Shown here piece after piece: positions 1 through 32,900 of a DNA stretch of 64,000 nt (its first letter is position 1; each line of letters starts with the position of its first letter). This DNA is from Gordius albopunctatus (lineage: Eukaryota). The notes beneath the pieces were generated by a model. That model was not told where the DNA came from. It worked only from the letters and a program-made list of their open reading frames with translations, and ran no database searches. The translations under genes were made by a program, and so were the position numbers. Location: positions 2,914,001-2,978,000 of the forward strand of contig OZ193909.1 in assembly GCA_964276515.1 (NCBI GenBank). Reading direction: 5' to 3'.

Positions 1-1112
1 GAAAGCTCGTCTAATAAGCTTCGTATACCTTTTGGTTGCCAAATTATAAACAGGTATAAATAACAACCACGTAATGATTTTAATCAGTTTTTGCCTATTT
101 TTTGTCAAATTATTTTATGATTAATATGCTTAATATTATTTAGACTCGTAAAGTTACATATATATGATTATTTGCACGGTACATCAAAATAATTGTCTTA
201 AATCTATGCCGTTTACAAGCATTAGATCGCATATTTGAAACTTTTTCCTAAAAAATATTTTTTTACTTACTTAATAACTAAATAGGCTTTTAATATATTT
301 ATTCTCATTTATTTGTGATTTTAAATAATTAAAAGGATTTTATAACATATGCTACCATAATTAAAAAATTTAATGTATAAAATTAAATATTTAAACAAAC
401 GTATTGTTTGATTTCAAAAATATTCAATGTAATGTAAGTTGCAAATGATATTTTTATTATGTGTAGTATATGATAATTTAATCAATATATTGTTCTGTGG
501 CATCTTAAGAATCAGATTGTATATTTTTAATATAGTCTAACTGTTTTATGTTTTGATTCATACTCTTAACTAAGTACCTTTTATGTATTAATTCTTTTGA
601 TTATAGTATTTAATTAACCCATTCAAATATAAATGCCCTTTGGTTTTATTATAAAAATTATTTACACTGATCTATAACTTTTGATTAATTTATAATAAAA
701 CTCCACTGATGTAGATTAAATTTTCATGATTTAAAATAAATTTTGAATATTATTTTTTGATGATAATGAGTTATAATATTTGTTTAAAATGTTTTTGTAA
801 TTTGTATTTATAAGTTGATATACACAATGTAAATTAAATCTTAAATAATCCTATTTAACTGTAACCTAGATTAAGAGTTCTTGTGTATAAAATAATTGCT
901 GCATATTAATGATCCATATTTATTCTTTAAATAGAAAACATTTACATATTCAATGTAATCATCTGTCAGAACTAAAAATTTTACCTGCCCTAATGTATAG
1001 TAATATTCAATCGAGAATGTGACTTTCAAAAGTCTAACCATTCATAAATCATGGTGCCATTTTACCCCCTTTCCTATATACCAAGCTCAGTGTTAATGAT
1101 GCTCGAGAGTAG

Positions 1113-22316
<21,204 letters not shown>

Positions 22317-22897
22317 CATTCATACCGTCGGCAGTTAACGATTTCCGCGAGCGAAAAAAAGAGAGAGATTTTATCATAGATCTCGGCTGAGGAACGTCGT
22401 CTTTTTAGAAATTTCCCATAATGGCGACGTTCTTTACTGGGAAATTGTGAGAAAGCTCTGGAAAACTATGTAATAATAATACCCCTAGTTCATCCATTTC
22501 CCCGAATTATCCATGTATCCACCACGCGTATATAGATATTTATAACCTGACGATTAACGACCCATCATGCATGCCCCTTATCATCATTAAACATAATATG
22601 AAGTACTAGGTGTTGTAGACTCTCAGCTCGTTATGCAGCCACCTCTTTAAACTGCTCCTCTGGCCTCGCGTATTTGAGCCATTTCTATGTTTGTGGAATC
22701 ATAACCTTTTTAATCGATGTAAATACGAAATATTAATATTTATCCATATATATATATATATATTTAAAGTTTTTAACACCCCCTTCCCTTTTAATCACAC
22801 TACTCATTTTTAGAGAAAGCCACAAACCATCGTAGATGATGTGTATTACATATTGCACTTTCTTACTCTTAACCAGTCAAAACATACAATGATTACG

Positions 22898-22903
22898 AAT
22901 AAA
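22898..22903 (+). promoter_or_regulatory. Candidate polyadenylation signal of KAT6
   Basis: AATAAA about 580 nt after the stop, followed by T-rich sequence. Confidence 0.4.
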
Positions 22904-24168
22904 ATTATGTTATTTATTATTGAAATACTATAGCTGTATCTTAAAATTGGAATGCTCCTTGAATTTCCCATCATTTTTTAGCTTGTTAAATCTAAAGCGA
23001 CATATATCTTTATTCCTGACATATATCATCATAGACTAGTGCTCATCAACTTTAAATCGGTATACCGTTTTTCCGCCATTTTGAAATGTGCACATATAAG
23101 GGAAAGGACATATAGATTACACTAATTTTGGTTAAACAAAGATGTATCCTAATAAAAAAATATTGATTTAGTTAAACATAAAAAAACAGCATTTTAAAAT
23201 ATATATCATTCACAAAATTTTAAAAAATATAAAATAAAAATAGTGTAAGTGATGTTATAGCAATTTAGTACCATCGGCATTTTATTAAATAATCATTTAT
23301 TAACATTCTTTTTTATTTAACAACTAATAAGGTAAATTCACTTTTTCTGATCCTTGGGAACGGTTTAAGAAAAAAATTTTAAATTTTTATTTTGTTCTAT
23401 ATATTTTTGAGTTGCTTTTTATAAAGTAAGTAAAGTTGTTAAATAAGAGGTAAAAATGCGTGTTTTTGAAGTTAAAAAGTTCTACAGTATCAAAATAATA
23501 AAGATTATTGACATTACAATTTACCATGCCTTTGCACGTACTGTGCGCGCACATTAATAGTTTTACAATTTATTAATTTATTCGAAATTCATATTTCACA
23601 AATTTAATTTCTACTGATTTATTATATATAACATACATCTATGTTCCTGGTGGAGAAGATAACAAGGCGGGAAATTGGTTACTATCGATAGACAATAAAA
23701 ATTAATAATCTAACCGCGATATTTCACATTATTCACGTATTTACTTTATCAATCAACGATTAATCTTTACACTTTTGAACTCGTCGCTTAATAAATAAAC
23801 TATAGAAAAACACTAAAACAGTTGAAGTTTAATAAGATTAGAAGATTAAAAACACAGATAGGTAATTTGATTAAAGAATTACAATAAAATATTCAAATAA
23901 TGATAATATATTTAATTCAGCGTTTTTTGGAATATTGTCATCTCCCGTTACTATCTTAATATTTTAAACCTATATTTGCTATCGTAAGTTTAATCACCTA
24001 TAATTATCCAATTACAATTAATTTTCATTAAAATATATTAAATTAGTTAATAAATTTTAATTATTAATTTGTATTATTGTATTGGTTGTCATGGTAACTC
24101 CTTATCCAATTTTTTACTCTTTTCTTTTCTCATTGCTTATATATAACACTTTAATATGATAGTGAGTT

Positions 24169-24516
24169 ATGGAAATAGAAGAATCGAGCATAAATGTAGC
24201 AAGCACATCATGCATGAAAATTTTTCCATTTCCAAAATATGCTAATATGTTTAAACTTAAAGATAATCAGCATAATACACTTAATTTTGAGGTGCAATGT
24301 CTACTCAAGACTTCTTCTAGATCTTGTTTCAATTTGACTAGGCATCTAAAGGTAATCTTGTTACTTATTTTTATTAAATAATTAAGTAAATAAAAAATTT
24401 ATAGAGATTTTGTTATAGTGCAATCAAATTTTATGTGCGGGTGTGAGTGCGCGCACATTTGTTAAAACTGGTGTGCGAGTGCGGCACCGGTTTCTGAAGT
24501 GCGTTTAACAACTCTG
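24169..24516 (+). mobile_element. hAT remnant: degenerate BED-finger exon and one terminus
   Basis: QCLL...SCFNLTRHLK|GT; GTGCG subterminal repeats; end TTTAACAACTCTG resembles the TIR of 63193-63395. Confidence 0.55.
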
Positions 24517-25649
24517 CAACTTAATAAAGGCTTATCAAAAATATATTAAAAGTCTCATTTTTTTTAATAATGCTTTAGATTTAAAATCCCAAAATTAGCC
24601 ATTAATATACAAATGATCTTTATTAGCTTAGACATATTGTTAAGAACCTGAATTATAATTTTAATGAAATTGATGCTAAAAAATATTTTAGATGATTTAA
24701 ATCAAAATAAAAAAATTGCTCATAAACTTTGTTACACAATTCTAAGATCCCCCCCCATGATATTTCTAACTTGACGTTAACAGATGTTTCCTATGGAATA
24801 GGCTTAAATCTTACCACAAATATAACACAATATTGAAAATGAAATATTTTTTAAAAATGATTCAAATCTTAATTTGTATGAGTTATAATGTATTAATAGG
24901 TTCTACACCCTTTGGCTAGGCCTGTGCGTGCATACTTTGTTTTAAAAAGACTAATATGTTTTTGCCAGACTGTTATTATCTAAACTACCTTCAATCGTTT
25001 TAATCCTAAATGGATTTAAATTGGACGTAATAACCAGTTTGCGCATATATAAAACATGGTAAATAATAGAAGAATAATTTATTTGTCAAATAAATCAACG
25101 GTAAAATTGATAAACTTATTAATGTTTGCTTCTTCAATAATTAAGTTGTTATTAAAGATAAAGATACTTAATTATATTAAAGTTTTGGAACTTTTTTTTG
25201 ATTTTCACGTTTTAGTTTATGTGGGATATTCGGTGCAAAAGCGAATTTCAACGATGAATTTATCAATTTAGCCTGAATAATTTGCCTAAAAAATATTGGC
25301 TTTAATTAGATGCTATTTGTAATAAATATTCGTTAATAACATTTTTCTTGCTAGTGTAGCCAGTGGCGTAGCTAGAGAGGGGCCGTGGGGGCTAAGGCCC
25401 CCCAGGAGCAAAAACCGGGTCCAATGGGCCTCCCCAAGAGAATTATCTTGGGTCCCTTAAGTCATTTTTATATTTTATTTTAATTAAGAATCGAGTAAAA
25501 GGCGTTATTAACAACTAATAAAAGATGAATTTTATTATTTAATGAAAAATTATCTGGAATTTTAAGCTTGTATTAAAATTTTTAACACTTTTAAAATATA
25601 ATAAAATATTATTATATTTACGAAATTCCATCTTTTATTGTCGATCCCT

Positions 25650-26215
25650 AGAGCCCGACCCTAGACCCGAGCCCGGCCCGAATCGAACTAAAACAAATTA
25701 ATCTCTTATAAAATAGGATCTAAATAAAATTCGATGTTAAATAATTATTTTTCGCACAGCATACATTATATAGCTTCCAAACTTTAGCCTTTTCCTTTGT
25801 CTATTATTATATAATAACTGACCTGAATTGCAAATCTTATTCTAGTATTTAAATAGATTATAGTAGCTGTTACAACTTTAGAAATAAGATAAGTAAATAT
25901 TTCAAAAGGTTTTTTTTGTTTGAACTGTTAAAAATATATATTATAAAGTTAAATTTTTTGCTTTAATTAAATGATTAACCGAATAAATTATAACGAGTGA
26001 AAAATTTTTTATTTCTAACTTATCCTAGTTGTAAATACGTGTAATAACGATCTAATACATTTTATATAAGATGGTGAAATAATTTTCAAAAATATATTTC
26101 TCAAAAATTTTATTTAAACAATCGGGTCGGGCTCGGGTCGGGCCAAAAATAAAAAAATCTTTCGGGCCGGGCTCGGAAAAAATAAAAATTAAGAAGTCGG
26201 GTTCGGGCCGGGCAG
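25650..26215. mobile_element. Degenerate TIR element with GCCCG/CGGGC subterminal repeats nested in the decayed hAT
   Basis: Left cluster TAGAGCCCGACCC...GCCCGGCCCG and inverted right cluster CGGGTCGGGCTCGGGTCGGGCC. Confidence 0.6.
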
Positions 26216-26837
26216 AAGAAATTTCATTTTGGAGGGCTCCAACACATCCACATATAAAGCCAATTATTTTCCAAAAAATAGTTTTTACACCATTTTTTCC
26301 CTCTTATTAGTGATATCCCATCAAAAGTTTGATAAATTAATATTAATAACAAATTCCTGAATTTCAAAACTTTCAAGGGATAAAAATCCCAATAAAATTC
26401 CTTTTGGCGTGCCGTGCCATTGGATTCAACAAAATGTACACAAACGCTAAGTTGTTCTGTGCATCTCACATCTGTAATTTCATTTAAAATTATTAAGTAA
26501 AATCTTGATTTATTTAATTTTGACAGAATATTTTTAAGGTTAATTTAGCCGTTAAATTTGTTCATTTAATATATCTATAATATCATCAGGGGCAATAACT
26601 TCTAAATAGTAAATACTCATTCTCGAACAAATTTTAATTTCATAATTAATTTTTTTATATTTATGTTATAATTACGCCTTTTGAGCATCTAGCCTTAAAA
26701 AAGGCTTTTAAATGTTCTTATTGCTTTCCTGATATAAATGCTGCCTGAAAATGCTGCCAATATTTCACATGTAAAATTAAATTTTTTTATATATATGGCC
26801 AAGATTTTTTGGGATTGTGGCAATAAAACATTTTTAT

Positions 26838-26933
26838 AAAAACTTTGTTGTATTCTCTATATTGTTTCAACTACATTACTTTTTTTTAAAAACTTTGTTG
26901 TATTCTCTATATTGTTTCAACTACATTACTTTG
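26838..26933. repeat. Perfect tandem duplication, 50-bp period
   Basis: AAAAACTTTGTTGTATTCTCTATATTGTTTCAACTACATTACTTT occurs twice. Confidence 0.9.
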
Positions 26934-27089
26934 TTTTATTTATGAATGAATTTTATTTATTTTATGCCCTAGAAACATGCGGTCTAAGGCATACCAGTGT
27001 GATGTTGTTAGACAAAATACACCAAGTAATAGCGGAATTTTAAGTTTGTCCAACGTTTATGAGAGAAAAATTCTCATTTGGGTTTGACC

Positions 27090-27235
27090 CATGGTCGTAT
27101 CAAAGTTTTGGATTAGGGGGGGGGCGAAAATAATTTTTTACGAAATTTTAGCCGTAATTTTAATAAATTTCAACAAATTTTTGGATTTAAAAGGGGGTCG
27201 CTGCTTCTCCCTGCTCCCTCTTGGCTATGCCCATG
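27090..27235. mobile_element. CATGGG-family hAT MITE
   Basis: CATGGTCGTA...GGCTATGCCCATG. Confidence 0.8.
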
Positions 27236-28402
27236 TATAGAGATATCGTGCATAAAACTCAATCCTCCTTCAGGATATAAGTTATAAAATTTGGGCAAAA
27301 ATAGAAGATTTTAAAATAATTTCTCTATTTTGTGTATAATTTTACTAATTTTTTTAGGACTAGGATTCTAAACTTTTCATACTGTAAACATTGTTCGATC
27401 GAATTCGCACATTATAGTTTTAAAGCTTAGATTTTCCAAGGGGCCAATGGTATGTTAGTTACAACACATGAAATAAGTGTACCCTTAAATGAAACAAGAT
27501 TTACAATGGGAATTTACGTAATATTTCTAAAAGAAAGAGCTTTATGTTTCATTTTTAATAATTCTGGAGAAGTTTTCGTGTTTCTAGAGTGCCTTGGAAA
27601 AATACATATATAACAAGAAAGAACACAAAAGGGATATAAAGATTCGAATTTTCAGTCCCTTTAACCCGTTTGAATACTAAACGAGCATTAAAATTTGCTT
27701 TAAAAGGTGATCCCAAGGTATATGGCAAATTCCAAAAGGAGATAGGCACCGCAAATAAGGGTTTTCAAACACAGGCCCAAATTTTAAATGTGTTGTTGAC
27801 ATACATATACCTCTTATATACTTTTAAAGGGGGGGGTGCGGGGTTAGTTAGTGTACTATAAAAATAAAAAAACACTACTATTTCAAGATTGATGGTCAAT
27901 CGAGATAAAAAATGACTTAGATCTAGGTAAGGGAAAAGACAAAAAAAAAGATACTCGATCGCTCTTTATTTTTATCAAGGGTCAGACACGCGATGTCTGT
28001 TAGAACAATTGGCACTTAATAACTCACCCCAACCTCAAAGTGTGCCATGCCCCATAGTGAAGGCTTGAGTGCTGTTCAGCATGGTTGCCAATTGCCATTA
28101 AAACTCAACTCACACTTAGGCTTTTTAACGCTTTGTTTTCTTTGAGCTCTTGGCCTCCCGCAAAAGGTTTAAGTGCTTTCTTGTTTTTTACACTGACAAA
28201 GAGTCCCCTCAATGGCTACGGTCACCATACAAAAAATGTCCCCAAATGTGGAGCAATAAGTGAAAACACAAAACTCATACCATAAATAACGAACGACCCC
28301 CCGACAAAACGTTTACTGCCGGTATTATTTAATTTAAATGGCACAAAAAATGTGTGAAGTTTGGTTATTATAGTAAAATGTACCCCTTTACGTAGTTGTT
28401 TT

Positions 28403-28555
28403 CATGGGCGTAGCTAGCATTGGTATTAGAGGGGGGCAATAATGATGATCATTTCTCGGAATTTTAACCATAATTATAATAAATTTTAACCCGTTTTTTG
28501 ATTTAAAAGTGGGCAACCGACCCTCCCTGCCCCCCTCCCCTTGCTAACGCTCATG
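28403..28555. mobile_element. CATGGG-family hAT MITE
   Basis: CATGGGCGTAGCTAG...GCTAACGCTCATG. Confidence 0.82.
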
Positions 28556-29049
28556 GCTGCTGCTTTATTATAGCTAATTGAAACTCAGGCTACGGCGGCG
28601 CAACGTGCACGAGGGTGTGGGGGGGGGCGCTAGCTAAGGTTGTTAGGTGTATTGTATGTGTGTGTACTATATATAATTTAAAATCGCTTTATATATAATA
28701 TAGTTTGCACACTATTCCTCTCACCTATGTTAGCATCGTAAATGCTCGTAGAGAGCGAAAGGAATCGTACATTAACCCTCTTTTTCGCTGTGCAAATCTT
28801 CAAAAAAAGATACCATAGCATCTCAAATCTCATACCTATCACCGCATAATATTCATCGATATATAGCGTATAAATAATCAAGAATCCTGATTTATTCCAA
28901 CTCCTCCCAGGGAATTCTAATATTGTCGGTTCTATGAAGAATGGATAAAATTCAAATAACATAGACCGAATAAATTTTTCGAGCCGCTTAAGAATGGGGG
29001 CTATGTGAGTTTGGGAATCAATATTGTCGCGCAACTCTTGATTGACACC

Positions 29050-29078
29050 CACACAGCACACAGCACACAGCACACAGC
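29050..29078. repeat. (CACACAG)4 minisatellite upstream of Lhx1/5
   Basis: Direct reading. Confidence 0.85.
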
Positions 29079-29732
29079 CTGGGTGTAAGGGGACTGAAGG
29101 GAAGGAGCAGGACACATTCAAATTTAGTAGTATCAAGGGACACCATACAGCCACCCTCTCTCCCCTTTTAATGAACCGTTAATTTTATTGGTTAATGCCG
29201 CGGATGAGTGGCACATTAAATGAGAGGAGAGGAGTTAGGTAGCCGAAGCGTCTCCTCTCACAACACACGAGTCCACATCGTGGGCAATGCTAGCACTATA
29301 TATATTCATGTATGTCCGGACATCTACAATACTACGCCAGTAACATTACGTACCATTATTCCATACGTATGCATTTCGTCAAACCCTCAGTAAAAGGAGC
29401 AGCTAATAACCCCACCCCCATTCCCACTCCTCAACCAATATTTTGACAAAAATGTAATTCTCTCTCCCCTCCACCCCCCCTTCTCAAAAATATTCTCTTT
29501 TTTTCGCCGACGACACGCAAAAAAAGTAGGCGTAAAACCGACAATTTTATAAGTTGGGTTTCGCGCGCCTCTTCGGACCTTTCTTCTTGGCGGCAAATCG
29601 TGAAAAAGCCCCGACTCATCTTTAGACTAATTCTCATTAAACAACTTGCCCCGCTCACGACAATTAAGAAGGCATTATCTTTGTCCATTGCAGTGATTAC
29701 AATTACCGTATTATTTATTATTGCTATCCTCC

Positions 29733-29902
29733 ATGGTACACTGTGCCGGTTGCCAAAGTCCCATACTGGATCGCTACCTGTTCAATGTCTTAGATCGTCC
29801 ATGGCACGGGAGGTGCCTTCAATGCAACGAGTGCCAAATCAACCTTTCGGAAAAATGCTTTTTCAAGGAAGGCAAATTATTCTGTCGCACCGATTTTTTC
29901 AA
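29733..29902 (+). CDS. Lhx1/5: Lhx1/5 exon 1 (LIM1)
   Basis: [56 protein letters not shown]; same MVHCAGC start as vertebrate LHX1. Confidence 0.95.
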
Positions 29903-32900
29903 GTAAATTATTACATCGCACGCAGAAGCTTAAATCATTATTATTTAGATTTATCGGTTAGAAAATGAGATTAGGTTCTTTTATTTCGGAAGCACAATTT
30001 AAGCTAAGGCGTCAGGGCATAATGGATTTGTTTAATATTTATTTCTGACCTAAAGATCAATGGTCAGCAGCAAATTTGTCTGCATGGGTGTAGTCATAAA
30101 ATTAATTAGGAAAGTGGCAGAACGTGTAGTTTGTACTAAGAAGAGAAAAAACTATGATTATTCTTCTTAGATCTTTAAGATTAAGGAGATAAATTCTCCT
30201 TCTTAATGTTCAGTTTTACACTCCAAAATAAATATGGCTAAAAAGGCTATAAATTATAAGGCTCCCAGTTTATAAATTTTATATTATTCGTGGCAAATTG
30301 TTTTCCTAGATTTCAATATGCATTCGAATATAAACCTTGAAATTTTTATTTAAAAATTATGAATTATGTTTAAATACTCCTCTAATTTTATTCTTTAAAG
30401 TCAATGAAAACATTTTTACGACTGTTTAAAATTTTTCGAAAAAAAATATTACTAAAAGTAAAATTCACGTTTTCAAAAACAATTTAGTTTTTTAAGCATT
30501 AATCAATATTTTAAATTTAAAATAACTTTTGGTGTGGATGAACGCGAGTTCTGTGAATATTTTTAAATTTGTATACTCTCATGTTTGGGCAAAATTAAGT
30601 GTTTACATTTAAAAATAACTTAGCTAGCTTAAGTTGTTACTTATTTATAACCAGGCGCCTAAATTTAGGTATAATTCCAAAATTCATAAATAAGATATAA
30701 TAGTTAATTTGTGAAATAAGAAATATATCATTTCGTTTCGAATGCAAAAATTTTCAAAATTGATTGTGATGGAAAAAATAGAAGATAGGGGCCTCTCTCT
30801 ACTACATATTCAAATTTATTTAAGGAGAAAAAGATGAAAATTAAAAAGGTTTTCAACCATTTTTCCTTTTATGATTTTATTAATTGTGCATCATTAATGG
30901 ACTAAAATTGTTATCATATAATTTAAACTAGAGATGCACCGATACCACTATTTTATGCCGATACCGATACCAGCCGATACTTAAGATTTTTTTGCCGATA
31001 CCGATACCATGCCGATACTTATAATAAAAAAATTTTTATACTAAAAAATATATGCAAATTAAATATTATAAATTAAGTCACATCCAAATTTTGGTAGATC
31101 AGAATTTTGACGATAAAACAATTGTAATTATAATTTATAATAATAAATTTTGTTATTAAAATGTTTCCTTAAATTTGAAGTATTAAAGGAATGTTTGTTT
31201 TTGCCCCCACGACTTATTTTAGCTTTGCATAATTCACAGATTACAAATTTTTCATCTGCTGACACAACAAAATAACTCCATAGTGTATCTATATCTAAAG
31301 AATTCATCTAAGGCTTAATATATAATAATTTTTAAAATAAAACAATATTAACTTAAAAGCGCAGTTATTCGGAACAGATGGTCAATGAGTTTATTATACT
31401 CCACATAGAAATATTTATAGCCAATCAAATGAAACAATTTTCAAAAAATTTAAAAAGTCCTCTATTTTTTAATGGTAGGAGATACTATAAATATTATTTT
31501 TTGAGTTTCATATTGAAAAAGGTATCGGCTTGGTAATTGCCGATACTAGCAAAGTATCGGGCCGATTCTTTTGGCAAGGTATCGGCGCCGATACCATGCC
31601 GATACTTGGTATCGGTGCATCTCTAATTTAAACTTATTTATGTAATACCTTTAATATAATTTAAAGGCTGGACTCATATTCATTTAGAAGTTTTGTTTAT
31701 AGAAATATATTTTTCCCGTTTGGGTTTAATAACCTATAGATTGTAGATAGAGCCCTACATGGGCCGCTTTTTTTGGCTGAGAGGGTTTCGGGCCGTGCTT
31801 GGGCAGAATCGGATAAAAACCCGAGCCCCGAACCGGGCCTGATTCAAATCCAAGCCAATTAATTATTTACAAACAAATCTAACTCGATATAAAATTAATA
31901 TCGCCGCACATCATACGTGATAATCTCTAGCCCCTACCCTGTCTATAAAAATTTTTTGATCAAAATTGCCTATTTTATTCTACTATTAATATATATTCAT
32001 AGTATCTTTTACAGCTTTTTCAATAACATAAGTATATAAATTGCATAGATATCAAATTTAAATTTATTTGAACAGTTGGTAAAAATTTTCAAATTTAAAA
32101 TTTGCTTAAAAAATGTGATTAAAACAAATCGGGCCGGGCTCAGGCTGTTGTTGAGTCAAAATAAAAATAGCGTTTCGGTTGGGTCGGGCTAAGGAATGAG
32201 ACGTCAGGCTCGTGGCGGGCTATGGCCCAAAAATGTGGTCGATGTTAGAGTATCTGTATATAATTTTAACAATAGTTGCCCATTTAAATATTATTAGCGT
32301 ACCATAAGTCGATGAAGTTTCTTTACTCAAGTTTAGTAATCTTTAAATCGATAGTTAAACATTTATTTTGAGCTTCGAACATGGCCTCCACGAGTTTTAA
32401 TTTTTAAGATAATTTGAAAAAAAGGTTACTTTCTTGAATTCAATTTCGATGGTCGATATTAAATTTTGTTTTATAAGCTAGTTTGCATGGCTATAAGATA
32501 AGATATAAAGACTAGAAAAAATCCGCTGTTTATTGCTAATATAATATACTAGTAATAGGAATATTTAAAAAGTTTGTGGAATATTTGGAGGGCGGGCAGC
32601 GACGGCTGATATCTTTAAAAAGCTTGATGGCGGCAGGACCAAAAGTCCCAGTAGAAATTTATCATTAAAAATAAACTTTTCTATAGGCATTTTCAGCCAA
32701 TCACCAGACTATCATCCGAGTAAAGTAAGTTTCAAATATGTGTAAAAATGCAATGGTCTCCCTGATAAAATATAAATAAATTTCAACATCATTATCGCCA
32801 TATAAAAAAGCAATAAAACACAAGTAAAAATTTTAAAATGTCTTCCCTATATCATATGCCTATCCCGGAGTATTAGAGCATAGGATATTCGAATATGCAT

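Larger units (their letters stand above)
25361..27060 (-). mobile_element. Decayed hAT element with DUF4371/ZMYM1-like transposase remnant
   Basis: Terminus CAGTGGCGTAGCTAG at 25361; - strand ILSKLNKSRFYLIILNEITDVRCTEQLSVCVHFV...KEF...DGISLIRGKK resembles the FSIIxDETTD..EQLSVCVRFV / DGASxMxG motifs. Far end not found. Confidence 0.7.

Noticed and set aside
22851..22860. TATTGCACTT, like the miR-92 5' end
   Set aside because: Only 10 nt match and there is no precursor hairpin.
30945..31020. Regularly repeated CCGATAC units suggesting a CRISPR-like array
   Set aside because: Short subterminal repeats of a hAT element in a eukaryotic intron; no repeat-spacer structure.
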